Shown one piece after another: positions 10,963-24,520 of a stretch of DNA of 64,000 nucleotides (position 1 is the stretch's first letter; the number at the start of each line of letters is the position of its first letter). The stretch covers positions 39,180,817 through 39,244,816 of the forward strand of contig JAHRHZ010000222.1 in NCBI GenBank assembly GCA_024137785.1, written 5' to 3'. The translations under genes were made by a program, and so were the position numbers. This stretch comes from Ginglymostoma cirratum. Lineage: Eukaryota. The notes below the pieces were generated by a model, which was given only the letters and a program-made list of their open reading frames with translations, had not been told where the DNA came from and did no database searches.

Positions 10963-13900
10963 GAGATTACCATGAGAAGAATGTCCAAATGCAGGTAGCA
11001 GTTGTTCATCTGATAATCTGAGGTCCAGATGTCTCCTCCTCCTTACTGGAGATGAGGTAAAGACATCAAATACCTTCTCCATTTTTTGGAGTGGCAATGC
11101 TTACCTGTGGTAACTGGTAGTGTGTGGCCATACAGATCTGAAGGCATATCCGTAGACTCTATTCCAGCTTCTTGATCCACTTCTCCATGACAGATGAATT
11201 TGTAAAGTATTGCTGTTTGTTCAAAACCGTGGAATCTTGTGGCTTTATTCTTTTAGTAAGGCCCTGGATCTCATCTTTTGTAAACTTTAGAAAGAAAGCG
11301 TATTTGTCCCTAACCAAATTGTAACATAATTTGATGATCTGATCTGGGAACATTACATAAAGTGTAGGGTCTGTTTTGGGAACATTGCAGTTACCTGTAA
11401 AAATTAACAGAGTTGTATTATACGAGCTTGCACTTCATTAAGTGACCTTCCAGTAAGTTATAGGCAACAATCACCTGACACAATCCTTGCTTTGTGGTTG
11501 GTTGATCCCTCTAGACAGGCAAATCAGATAAGATGAAGCTGTAAATCATTGACATTCATGTCTTTTGTTGGTCTGTTTGGCATATTGATTTGAATTTTGT
11601 TTAAAACCCACCTGTCAGTCAATTAATGATTTAATAAGTATGCATTTTCTACTGGGTGGTTCTGCAATTTAAATTGCAATCACATGCCATGTTTTTTTTA
11701 TGCTGAAATCTTTGTAAATTCTTCCGGGAACAACACTACAGCAGCCATTGACAATGACAACTTTATGCTGTAGGGGCTTTAATGATTTTGAATAGACATA
11801 TCTATTCTCACACAGCCTTTTAAAATTAGTGTTTTCTCTCAAGACTTCTTTCATGAATGGCAAAACATCTCAAGAACTAGCAAAGCAGTATCTCTAAATG
11901 GCTATGCAGCTAGTATGTTTATAAATTAATCCCTTGCTTACGAGTGAGACAGGCGTTTAAATACATAATTAGTGCTACAAACTATGGTAATTAACTTATT
12001 AAAGAAGATCAGCTAATGGCTTGCATAGTTGTTTCAGATGCCCACTGTATTATTGTTGTTAAGGTGTAGCTAAACATTACTTTCCTGCTAGGTGCTATTG
12101 CAAGGCAGGTCCTCTATATTTATCCAGTTTATACTCTCCAGCAATTTCCTTGGCCTTTGAATTGATAAGTTTATTAATTTTTATGAAGGCTGAACCCACT
12201 CTGATGCCTAATGCAAAATGCTGCAAACCAGAGAAGGTCACAGGCTTAAAGCTGGTGAATATGCCAAGCAATATTACAATAGCAACAGTAAATTAGGAAG
12301 GCAATCAAAGGCAATTACCCGTGATGAAAACTGTGTGCCTATTCAAATGCTGCAGTTAATTAAAGATCCCTTTTTCTCCCACAACAAATGGAGAAGGGGG
12401 ATAGATCAGAATTATGGGCTGTGTCTAAGTTCATTACTGTGTTGAAGTGATATATTTCAGAAGGACTAGACTAGGGAAATTTGCATTTGAAATAAAATGT
12501 TTTATTTTCTAGGAAATCCCTCACACCTAAGTCCGGTATGGAGATTACTGGATTAGCAAAATAACTCGCCTGCAGATCACAAGCCTCTGAACCCGAATGG
12601 GTCATATTTTCCTGTATCAACATATTCTACTCTGTAATTTTATTCATGTCTATGTGGTTTCATTATGCAGGGAAATTACACAGAGAAACAAAATGTAAAG
12701 TTCAAACTTCAGATTCATAGAATAGATTTTAATCAAAAGGAATTGGCACCAGCATTTTTATTTCATGCTACATCTTGCTGACAATCGCACATAATTCAAT
12801 CATCTGGATCTCATCTAAAATGGATGAAAGGGTGCTTAATATAGCTGGCCCCTGCACACACCAAAGTCAGCAAAGGCCACTTGTTTCAACAAGCAAACAT
12901 GTGAGCAGAGCTTTAATTTCTCATCATTGAGGACAGGCCTGCCATTTTGATTTAACAACATAATTTAAAATCTTAATCAGTGCTGCACAAAAGAAAATGA
13001 GACCTTTTACATATTGTTACAGGTTTTGAGGCTATCGGACTCAATGAATTTTGAAACAGTTCGTGCTAAAAGGAAAGGCGAGAGGGTATTGAAATATCTT
13101 TCTTATCACAGCCTCTTAGCATTAAAATGTGACAGATTCATCAAAGGTTTTCTTCACCTTATCTGCAGTTGTCTGAAGGATATCACCAGTGTGGAGATCT
13201 TGGAAGTACTTCTGTGCAGCATAAGTGATATCTTGATTGACACGTCTTCAAATAAGGCTCTGAATAGCTTTCCATATTGGCCTCAAAATAATTCAGATGT
13301 CAAATTACATCTAGCAGACTCTCTGACTCCACTACGGATGCTGAATAAATTTTTTAAATATTTGGGGAAAATATTGAATTTTTGCATCGGGTCAAGGTTC
13401 ATATATTTTACTAATAAAAGAGGTCACCAAGATGTTTGCTGATGAAAGACTGCAATGACTTTTGCTGCCTTGAATCATATGGGATGTCTTTGCAAAATAG
13501 ACCCTAGTTGGGCTGACCTCGGTGCCTGTTTCAGTTCAGACTACCCTGCAGTTCTTGGCATCTTCACATTTTTTTACTGCTTGTCAGATTTATGTTAGCT
13601 TTGAGCAAGAAAACAATTGAAACCTTTTCACACTGACTGCTTTTAGCTAGTTTTGCCAGGTGCAGTTTAGTTTAACCTCCAGCACTACAAGTTCATTCTG
13701 ACTGTCATAGGAAGGTAATCACTGACCCTAGTAAGGATACAAGTACAGTCTACAGGGCATAAATTTTGCTTGGGTTGCATTCTTTGTATGCCTGGTTTCA
13801 ATATAAATTAGTTACAATAGTTAATACATAATTGGAACTACTGGCTTTGGAAAATCATATTTATTTTTGGTTTCATATGATATAGTTATGCATGGTCCAT

Positions 13901-14074
13901 AAGTAATTTATAAGAACCAAGTTACTTACGGCTGAATCAAATGTCTGCATCTGCTTGTTTCAATAAACAAACGAGTGAGTACTGTTTTAATTTCCTATTA
14001 TTGAGCCATTAGGATTATTGTCACTAACCTAAATATTCACTCAATTAAGAAAAACTGAAAATGTTAAATGTCTA

Positions 14075-14236
14075 AAACAAACAGAAAATATTGGAAACAG
14101 CTGGTTAGTCAGCAGCTGTGGAGATAACGGATAGATTAACATTTCAAGTGTATATGATATCTCTGTAGGCTTGAAGTGTTAACACAGTTGTTCTTACAGT
14201 AGATACTGACTGACCTGCTGTGTGTTTCAAACCATC
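14075..14236. repeat. Imperfect palindromic Penelope/MER6-like short repeat
   Basis: Left arm 'ttggaaacagctggttagtcagcagctgtgg' is an approximate reverse complement of the right arm 'cagtagatactgactgacctgctgtgtgtttcaaa'. Confidence 0.55.
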
Positions 14237-16449
14237 ATTCAGCCAGATTTAAAATGGATACAAATCATTGTACATTCTGACAGAGGTGTTGGGGTCATGT
14301 TGAAGTTCAACAATGTTGAATTTAAACAGCACTTCCTAGCAATTGCAACATAATAATCATATTTGCATTAACTAAAGCATTAAATCACTTAGTATTATAA
14401 ATAAGGAAGTGACTGAATTAGCTGCAACAGCGATCTGCATGCTATAATTGACCTCATTGTTAATTACGTTAAGAGGATATCTTATTATTAATCAAGACAT
14501 ATTAGACTAAGGAAATTAACAAGGTTCCCACTCTGGTCAAAATTGGATGGGAGCACCAAGGGGGATTATGCTGATAGATGTTGGATAAGGACAGGATTTT
14601 ATGCTCTTATGATTGAATATTTTGCCAGCCCTTACTACTGAAGCCCACTTATTGGCAATTGTTTTTGGATGAAGTACTGGAAAGCAACTGCTACCATTTA
14701 AATGGTCTTTTAAATTTAGTGTAGTAGCTTCCCTATTGTTTTTTGTGATATAAAAACACCATATGGTTCATTAGCAGGCTCTGCAAAACAGAAGATTCTG
14801 TGTTCTTTCCCCATTCCATTTTTAATTAGTGATAACAGCTATGGCAGCAGTTAGGCACTACCAGACAGCCTAGTTTTCTATGGTTAGGAAGGGGAAAGTA
14901 GCAGAGTCATGTCTTGGATCACCACCATTGCTTTCAAAGAGACAGTGCATTTTTGTCCCTTGGCTAATGACATAACTGCGTTTGCCTAGGACCCTCTCTG
15001 CAGTTGAGTATAATCATGCAAACTGATACTGTAGGAATAGGCAGATGAGCGAGATGCTTCTGGCACCTGTAGAGCAACCTCAGCAAAGGGCAATACAAAG
15101 GGAAGGTCAGTAATTCCAAGCACACTGTGTTCATTTTTATTCCTAAAATGTCTTTGTATAGCAAACAGGAATTATGGGTTCTAACCAGTAAAATCAGTTT
15201 GGTGCCACAGTCGGTGAACTACCATCACCATTGAGAGATTTTCTGGAATTCTTTATTTGGATAAAAAAAATCCCTTTTTCTTTTCATGACAGCAATAGTC
15301 TATCAACAAATTTAATGGGAAACAGCAATAGAGGTGTTTGGCTGATAAGTATTGATACTTAGATTCAAGGTTGCTTCTATAATTAAGTACATCTTGAGTT
15401 GTAACCCTGAATTCACAATTGTGCTGAACTAACCTTGAAATTGTCCATTTTTATTTAGTATGAATTTGGGATCAAGTAGTCTTTGACACTTTAGCTAATA
15501 AAAATGGGCTCAGTGGTGTTTAGAAGAAATAAAGAGTTTGCACGTAACCCAGGATCATCAAACTTCAGATGAACCAGTACCTCACATCCACTCAGCATTT
15601 TCATTCTTTCATTCTCTTCCCCCTAATTCACTAGGAAACAATGACATTGGCCAAAAGATTATCAAAACAAAAATTTTCAAATAATTTGTCATAATATTTT
15701 CTGGTTGAATTGGTGCAATAATGACTGTTGACCTCTAGGTATCCTTAGTAGAATTTGTTATGATGTAGTACTTAGTAAATGTGGTGGTGGCACTTTGCAG
15801 CAGAACCATCAATAACGGCATTGACCTTTTTTTATTATATTGGCAGGCTGTCCAGTTTGAATGTGTTGGATTCTTCATGTTGTGGTTAATTGCTTCCCCA
15901 AACACACTGAGACATGTAGCAAATATGGGGCATAGTGTGGAGATGCGTGGGGGAGCACAGTGATGGGGGTTTGAAATAGCATAGAATAAACTTGTTCATG
16001 ATAACTTATGAAACAATTCTCTAGCTACTTAACATGTGATGTTTGAAGCACCTTCTCAATACTAAAGATGCATTATTCATGAAAGTTTTTTATAAGTGAT
16101 AACATCAATGCACATACATACTTTTAATGACACATTTATAATTACTGTTCCTATGCTTATTGAGTATTTGCTGTGCATTAAGTATATGATGGAACTTACC
16201 AGTCATTTCGTAAGTATTGTACTTTATACAAAAATAAAGATCTTATTGATGGTGCCATGCCGCGTTCTTAAATTTTGCAATTCTGCATCTATTTGCCCTT
16301 TTATTCAAAGTGCTGTACCACAGTTTAGTAGTACTTAATTTCAGCTGTTTTGCTGCAATACATTGCTATAAAATAACAGAGAATTTCTGTCATGTACCAT
16401 CGTCAATATATGAACTTGATTCGATTTAACATTTCTCAATGTTAAAGAT

Positions 16450-17700
16450 TGTGAGCCCTGGACTCAGTGAATTGTCAGATAACTCATTCCACAATGATTT
16501 GGATTAGGGTAGCTTTATTGGACCACGACCAGACACTGTTGAATTATATAAGTGTTTCTACCTGTAATCTAGAAATAACAAATTCTGTCTTTGGAAACTT
16601 CATTAGCAGCATAGTATTCTAAATAGATATTTACTATCATACTACTACCTATCAACTACCTATAATAATCTGATCTGACAGCAAGTGCACGAAAATAATT
16701 AAGCTTCTTTTATGCCTCAGTATTTTTGGCGATTGTTGTTAGTGTCAAATTTTTTGTTGCTGCTGATTTTCAAAATAGTGTACTGAAAAATAAAATTTCA
16801 TTTTCTATTGTCTGATTATTAATAATCATTTTGCATTCAAGATCACAGGCTTATTTATTTTGCTTGAATTAAAATTTACATCAGTATTAATGAGATAGAG
16901 TGTATATAGGTAAAGGTTACTGAACACCTGCCACCACACACATCTTGAGCAATATTGTCAAATATTCTAGAAGTTATCAATTTGATGTTAAATCTGAACT
17001 GTTGTATAGTGTCGTAAAGACAAGATGCTTATTGAGCTTCTGTTATTGAGCAAAACTTTATTTTTGTGTTTGTTGGAGATACCAAAAGAAGGAAATAAAG
17101 ATACGTTTAGGCAGGATGTTAGGCATAGTTCCAATATGTATCAGTAGAGTTAATGTTGGACCATTGTACTGGTTCAGATGTTAGAAGGTATACAATTATT
17201 TATAATAGAAAGATTTGTCCAGTATACTGATGGAATATAATATGCTGTGGATCAAGACCCTGCTCTCAGCCATATATCCATTTTATGCAATTATAGTAAT
17301 TTTGTGGGTTGAGGATACCTCTGGCTGACAGTTTAAAAAGAAATGAATAGAGTAGATCAAATTTTGATCACGAATTCATGCTCAAAGTTTAGTTAATGAG
17401 TTTCTTTATAATTCCTACACATCTCATATAAAGGTATGTTGAGCAAAAATGTTAGGTCAGTACTTTAATACCGTGCCAAGATACTTTATCAATGGGACAT
17501 GGTTACCATACCTGCTATGACTATTACGGTAAAGGTACTTTGGACCTTTTCAAATGGGATTTGAAGGAAAAAAGTATAAGAAGTACCTTGACACACCTTT
17601 CTGCTTTGAGATGGAATACAAGTACAAGTTTTTGACGTGTAAACATTGTTATTCCAGTGATCTACTTAAAAGAGATAACTAGTCGATGAAAGTCTGCAGT
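16450..17700 (+). mobile_element. Very old Gypsy-type pol fossil (RT/RNaseH/integrase order)
   Basis: Scattered peptide traces in the expected order: KVKVTEHLPP..LSNILEVIN (KV.AI..P.P...FLG..N), SVIEQ, RRYTIIYNRK, DQDPALSHI and an H..C integrase-like stretch. Heavily degraded. Confidence 0.35.
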
Positions 17701-18254
17701 TCAGATAATTTTAGAAGATATGTTCCTGTGTTCCTTTTTTCTTCCTATGAGGTCTTCTATCATGGATGATGTATGACTAACTATGAATTATTCCTCATTA
17801 TGTGTCTCTGGATTTGTTACAGATGGAGATGTTAAGAGCTGATTTCCAAACATCTTTCCAATTCTTTGGCTGAGATAATCCTGTCTATCCAGATTTCTAC
17901 TGGCTTCTTCAGATCAACATTTTCACTTTAATAAAAGTTTGATATAAAGAAACAAATTGTCTGTTTGGTTATTGGTTAAAAATAGATTTTAAAAATTAAT
18001 TTTAGGTGACCTCAACATTTATTTTATTCTGAACCAAATGATGTACCTGAATTTCCATTTCCGGGACAAAGCCTGTTTATCCAAATGTAACTGGATGGAT
18101 TCCTAAATTTTGTTCAACAACTGTAGTCTGTTACTCTCCATGGTCCAATAATTTGTTAATGCTTTCCTGGACCATGAGTAGAAGGCATCCCTGAAATATT
18201 GTCCCATTGTCGATTTGAATATGAAAAGGTCCAGCATAGACACAATGTGTTTAG

Positions 18255-20180
18255 ACTATAAGAACATAAGACGTAGGAGTAGAAGTAGGTCATTCAGCCC
18301 ATTGAACCTGCTCCACAATTCAATGAGATCAAGGCTAATCTGATAATCCTCAACTCCATTTTCCTGCCTTATCCCTATAACCCATGATTCTTTTACTAAT
18401 TAAAAATCAGTCCGTCTCAGCCTTGAATATACATAACAACCTAGCCTTGACAGTGCTCTGTTTAAAATAATTTCACAGATTCACAGCCCTCTAAGAGAAT
18501 TAAATCTTCTGCATCGCTGTCCTAAATAGGTGTTCCCTCACTCTGAGATTAAGCCCTCTGGTCTTAGATCGCCCACATGGGGAAGCAACCATTCTGCATC
18601 GACCCTGTAAACCATCCTGCAAAGCTAATAGCTTTCTTATCACTCTTTTAAATTCTAATAAGCTCAACCTACTCAACCTTTCCTCAAAAGAAAATTCCTC
18701 CATTCCCAGAATCAATCTAGTGAAACTTCTCTGGACTGCCTTCATTAACAATATATCTTTCCTTAAATAAGAGGACCAAAACTGTTCATTGTATTCCAGG
18801 TCTGACTAGTGCCTTGTATAGTTTTAGCAAGACCTATCTATTTTTACACTCTATTCTGTTTGAAGTAAAAGCCAACTATCCATTTGCCTTTCCTATTATC
18901 CGGTGAACTTGGTTGCTAGCGTTCTGATTCATTCACAAGAATCCCAAATCCCACTGTGTTGGAGCTTTCTGTTGTCTTTCTCCATTTAAATAATACTTAG
19001 GTCTTCTGCTATTCCTGCCAATGTGCATAATTTCACATTTTCCCACATTGTATTCCATCTCCCAACATTTTGCCCACTTACTTTTCCCTGTGTAGACTCT
19101 TTGTGTCATTCTCAAAACTTGCCTTCTCACCGATTTTTGTGCCGTCCTCAAGCTGGATGGTAGTACATTCGCTCCTGTCATCCAAGGTATTAATATATAT
19201 TGTAAATAGTTGTTACCTCAGCACTAACCTCTATGACACTCCACAGGTTACATTCTGAATATACTCTCCCTATCCCACTCTCACTCTTCTAATAGTTAGT
19301 GAATCTTCAGTCTATGCTATTCTACTACCTCCGGATTCTTTTCTTATTAAGTAGCCTTGTCTGCAGTACCTTATCAAATGCTTTATGGAAATCCAAATAT
19401 ATTACATTGACTAGTGCCCATTTATCTATCCTGCATCTTACCTCCACAATTAACTCTAAGAAGTTTGGCAGGAAGGATTTCCTCTACTGAAGCCATGCTG
19501 ACTCTGCTTTATTTTGTTATGTATTTCTAAATCTGTACTATTGCATCCTTTATAATAGACTCTAAAATTTTACCAATGACAGAAGTTAGCTACCTGACTT
19601 TTGTCTCCCTCCCTTTTTGAATAAGGATGCTAAGGGTATTACATTGGCAATTTTCCAATCTTCTAAAACTTTCCTGAATCTAAAGATTCTTGGGAGATTA
19701 CTAACAGTACATTCACTGTTTCTGTAGCTATATTCTTTATAATCCTTGGATGCAACTTATCAGATCCAGCCCTCTTAGCTCCCGTAGTACTTTTTCTCTA
19801 GTAATAGTTATTGTGTTTATTTCCTGCTATCCCCTTTTGCGCCTTGATTATGTAGCATTTTTGGAATGCTATTAATGTCCTCGCATGAAGACTGATGAAA
19901 ACTTTTTATTCAACTCTTTTGCCATTTCCTGGTTCCCAACTATTATTTCCATAGTATTGTTCTCCAAGGGGTCGTTGTTCACTTTGGTCCCTCTGTTCCT
20001 TTTTATATATTTAAAGAAGGTCTTACTGTCTGTTTTTATATTTCTTGCTAATTTGCCTCCATAGTTTATTTACTCCATTTTTATTATTGTTTTTGGTCAT
20101 CTTTTATTGGCTGTTAAAACTTCCCCAGTCCTCTGGTTTACCACAAACCTTTGCCATATTGTATGTTTTTATTTTTCTTT
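18255..20180 (-). mobile_element. CR1-clade LINE, ~1.9 kb 5'-truncated copy (RT domain)
   Basis: ORFs 18500-18751 (AVQRSFTRLILGM) and 18933-19181 (WAKCWEMEYNVGKCEIMHIG), plus antisense YLDFHKAFDKV near 19360-19400. CR1 tail at 18255-18320. Confidence 0.95.
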
Positions 20181-20569
20181 CAATTTGGTACTAACCTTAA
20201 GGAAAAGAACACAAGACTTATTTTTTGTGAGAAACCACATTGCCAAATCTCAGATAAGTATCCAAGAAACATGATGTTGATTAAATGGTGCTCTATCCAG
20301 TGCCTAAGTATCAAGTGGATGTAGAGATGTGATTCTTCAGCTGAATTTGTAGAATGAATGCCGTAACTTAAGCATAAAGCAAAATGTGCATAACACAATA
20401 AATTCTGACTTTATAGAATGATTTATAATTTCTGACTTTGTTATGGCATGACAAATAACGATAGAAAGAGTAGGTTTCCTCTGTGCAAAGGGTAGCAAAA
20501 TTCTCAATGTATTTATGAGAACAAATTTACGAGTAAGGTCAGAACATCTGGAGTCAAGGAACAAACAAA

Positions 20570-20810
20570 AGGATGGATGATGAAACTGAAAACAAAGAGC
20601 AAAGGTTAAGGGTTATTATTCAGCTTGGTAAGTGGTGGGAAATGATGATCTATAGGATTCAATTGTGGAGTTTACTGTTGTTCATCATTAACAGAAATTA
20701 TTTTGACTTGGGAATCGAAAGTATAATATCAGCACCTTTAGAAGACTCCAAATTAGGAGATATTAAAACAGAGTTGAATGGTGACAAAATACAAGAAGGC
20801 GCAAATAAAT
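20570..20810 (+). mobile_element. CR1 RT core fragment (decayed)
   Basis: ORF 20573-20848: QRLRV...LLFIINRNYFDLGIESIISAPLEDSKLG, a degenerate form of GPLLF.I.INDLD.G....ISKFADDTKLG. Confidence 0.7.
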
Positions 20811-21119
20811 CAGGCTTTCTGGAAGGCCTGCTATCACAGATATTTTAGGGTGTATCTCCATCAGTCTTTTCCTGTGCACAGATCAAAGCCATTACCTGAG
20901 TCATCATCAGTAATGTGACTTCATACCCTGGCAAGCCCGAACCGATGCTCTCTTGATTCCCCTACATTGGCTGTGATACCCTTGCACCTGAATACTGACC
21001 ATATGCAGAATCCACTCTATAATATTCTCCACCATACAGACCAAGTATCTAGCTAATGACTGTGAAAATTAGGTCAATGAAGGTTCTTTTTCCTGAGAGT
21101 GTGTTCTTCCCTATCTCTT

Positions 21120-22695
21120 CAACTCAGGAACCAATACAGTGGTAATGTTATTCAACTAGTAATCTGAAGACGTAAGTTGAAATCTCACACCATAGCAGCT
21201 GAAATAATTCAAATTCAACTATACAATTTGGAATGAATTCTCTGGAAGGAAGATCTGCCATCCTTATCTATTCTGGCCAAAATGTCACTTCAGGCCCATA
21301 GCAAGGTGGTTGACTACTACCTGTATAGAAAAACATTCTATTGTATCAAATTGCTACAGCCAATGTGACGCAAAATAAAACCAAATAGATTACCTGACAT
21401 TGACTTGGGTTCTAGGAAGGAAAAAGTACACAAAGTGTTGTCAATTCTGCAAAGTCTTTTTCACTGATATCTGTGAACTTGTGCCAAAATTGGGATAGTT
21501 GATGCACTTATATTTTAATGTCATTGTTGCAAATTAACTGAGAAGAGTGCACCAATCGTCAAATCCCATTATTCCAGAAGTCATCAAAAATGTCAAAACC
21601 CAATTAGACCAGCAAGATGACCAGTTTACCTGACTGACTGCTATTCAGGACAAAGCCATTCATACCATATTCATTCATAACAGAAATTAACTGCCCATTG
21701 TAACACGTTTAAGTTGAACAAATGACCAAGTAAAGAAAAGATTACTGATCAAGTACAATGTGAATTAAACTATACCCCTGTAAACCCCTAATAAAACAAC
21801 AAAAGACGGACAGTCTGACACGTATTATTGGTGAAAAAAACATAAACAGGGCAAATGAAATTCTTGAGTCCAGATTTCAGGGGTCATTAAGTTATTTCTC
21901 TGTTAACTTTGATATTAGCAATGATGACACATTGTCTGCAAAATGCTGACCATTCTTCAGTTTGATAGTCGATCTGGTGGACCTGGGTTTCTTCTTGTAT
22001 TAGAGTTCCTTATAAGTTTCTTGGTTTTTCTGTATTTTGAATTGCAGTGAGAGAAGGGTGAGAGAGATGTTTTCTGTTAGTTGGTTCTGGAGGTTTCTGG
22101 CTGCTCTGCACTTACAAGCCTGTGACAAACGGCAGCTCGTCCAATTTGAGGGCTGACCTCAGGCAGTCTTTCGTTGCTCAAAGACTCCGAGTGCCACTCT
22201 GTCTCAAAATATTCCCCTCACTGCTCAAAAGGCAACACTGTCTTGCACCACTAAAAATGTGCAGTACTTGCTTCTTCCAAGTTGCAAAACTCTCCTGGTA
22301 CTTTAGCTACATAACAGTGTGTCCGACCTCTATTCCACTTTATAGTTCAAAAGGGAAATGTGGTCTGTTACACAATGTTCCACATGTCTGCACCTGAGCG
22401 CCAGAAGTGATGATACAGTGGTACACAGCCAGGATGGAGATGCCCTGGGTATCCTGTGCCATCAGGTTGAACTTGCTAGTTCCTGTCAAAATTATACATT
22501 ATCCTGACTTTGAACTATATCAGTGTTGTTTCACTTTAACGAGGTCAAAAACATGGAACTCCCTTATTAACAGCATGTGGGTATACCAATAGTAAATGGT
22601 ATACAAAAAAGGTTCACCATAACCTTCTCAAAAGCAATGGATGGGCAATAAATCCTGGTTGGGCAAGTGACACTCACATCCCATGCATAAATAAT
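21120..22695 (+). mobile_element. tRNA-headed CR1/L2-group element: 5' part (21120-21510) and 3' end (22390-22695), split by an LTR
   Basis: Head 'agtggtaatgttattcaactagtaatc..gttgaaatctcac' with core 'ggaaggaagatctgccatcctta'. Tail 'gcaatggatgggcaataaatcctgg..gtgacactcacatcccatg'; the same tail appears antisense at 51320-51550. Confidence 0.55.
21525..22372. mobile_element. Solo LTR-like element (~850 bp)
   Basis: TGTTGC...GGTCTGTTACA termini, non-coding, interrupting the LINE above. Confidence 0.5.
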
Positions 22696-22720
22696 TTCAA
22701 AGAAAACCAACAAACTGAGG

Positions 22721-22823
22721 AATCAAGAGATAACAAGCATGGGGCTGGATGAACACAGCAGGTCAAGCAGCATCATAGGAGCAGGAAAACTTGCCGTTTC
22801 AGGCCTAGACCCTTCATCAGAAA
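22721..22823 (-). mobile_element. Penelope-type short repeat with hammerhead core
   Basis: Same family as 40612-40705 and 61718-61850. Minus strand reads CTGATGA-AGGGTCTAGGCCT-GAAAC. Confidence 0.75.
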
Positions 22824-22969
22824 AGGAGTGTGTAGAAAATAATGCCAGGAACAGTAGTAAGCATACTTAAAAAAGAAGTAACAATCTGGTGGTGATAACA
22901 TTCATTCTCAATAGAGGAAGTAACATACTATTAACAGAGTTAAGCAATCTTACAATTAATGGATCATAG

Positions 22970-23510
22970 AAAAGCTCTGTTGCCCTGCCATCCTATAGTT
23001 ATGAATGGTGGGGAACAGTTTAATTAAAACCAGATGAGGAGGCTCCAAAAACATCCCTGTGCTCAATGATTAGGGAACCCAGCATTTTATAGCAAAAGAC
23101 AAGGCTAAAGCAATTGCAACCACTTTCAATCAATATTTCAATTGGATGCTTCATCTCATTCTCCTCTGCGTTTCCCATCGGTGATACTAGTGTTCAGGCA
23201 ATACAATTCACACTACTTGAAAGCAGGAAACAGCTGAGGACCCAGCATGCAGGAAAGTCTATGGATCCTGACAACATCCCAGTTGTGGCACTGAGGACTT
23301 ATGCTCCAAAACCAACTGTGCACTAATCTAGACTGTTTCAGTGTGGCTACGATGCTGGCATCTATCCAACACTGGGAAAAAACAGGTTTATCTTGTCCAC
23401 AAAGACAAATCCATTCTGTCCAATTATTATATTATCAATATAATCTCCATCATCAGCAAAGTGATGGAACATGTCACTGATAGTGCTATCAAACAGCAAC
23501 TATACAGCAA
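22970..23510 (+). mobile_element. Internal RT fragment of a CR1/L2-group LINE
   Basis: KDKAKA, KSMDPDNIPVVALRTYAP and IISKVMEHV traces, corresponding to KA.GPD.IP..VLK.CAP and LLS..SKVME. Confidence 0.75.
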
Positions 23511-24254
23511 ATAGATCGAAGGTTACACCATCTGTAGCTTACATATCATTGGGATCACAAATGAATGTGAAATGAGATTTCAGAAAGTGCACAATGCAGG
23601 AACGTTTTGTTATTCTGAAGGATTCTGCATTACAAATTTCCATTTATTCACTGACCGTTTCACCAGTAATCCTCAGCACCGTCTCCTCCTTGAGATAGGA
23701 GATTAACGGTCTGTGCTTGTCACCACATGTTCTCTACAACTGCTTCGTGCCATTTGCCACCTTGTCCTGCAAAGGAAAGGGAGAGATAACAGTCAATGTC
23801 TTGCAATGTTTTTGGATGATGTTCCTTTCATACCTGCAGAGGACAATATGTGGGTGTAAGCCTTGCAGCATTAACAGTCTCGAGGACATTTCATCAGTTG
23901 ATGAGTTAATAATCTTAAATATTATTCTACAAGTTACATATCATGCACCGACAGAAATTAGGCTAAATGATGGGTCAACAAACTTGTAACCCTGTTCCCA
24001 AACATGCTCCTAACTGGAGTTGACATTGTTTTTATAAAGACAACACACATTTAATTTAAAAGTATTGAAATGGAATAAAAGACACCTCAGAAGTTTTGTT
24101 GAAATTCTGCCACCATTCTTTCATGATTTTTCAAACAAAAAAATTACACTTCCTTTTGTGATGGTCTCAGATCATGATACAGTTTGCATTCCCCTGACAG
24201 TTCCTAATCAATTTCCTGCAGATTTTCCAATATACATACATGCCAATATACAAA

Positions 24255-24520
24255 CATACAAATTAAATGCAGGAGTAGGTCATTTTGCCCCGTGGTCCCT
24301 CTCTGAAGTTTAATAATATCAAGGCTGAACTGATTGTAAGCTTAACTCCACATTCATGCCCTTCCCCAATAAGCTTTATCCATTTTGCTTACCAAGAATC
24401 TGTCCTCCACTGCCTTAAAAATATCCCAAGACTCTGCTTCCACTGCCTTTTGATAAAGCCTTCCAAAGAGAAAACAAAATTCTCTTCGTCTGTATGTGAA
24501 CTGGGTGATGCTTTTTTTCA
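24255..24520 (-). mobile_element. CR1 3' end fragment
   Basis: 'acatacaaattaaatgcaggagtaggtcattttgcccc' CR1 tail in reverse orientation. Confidence 0.65.
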
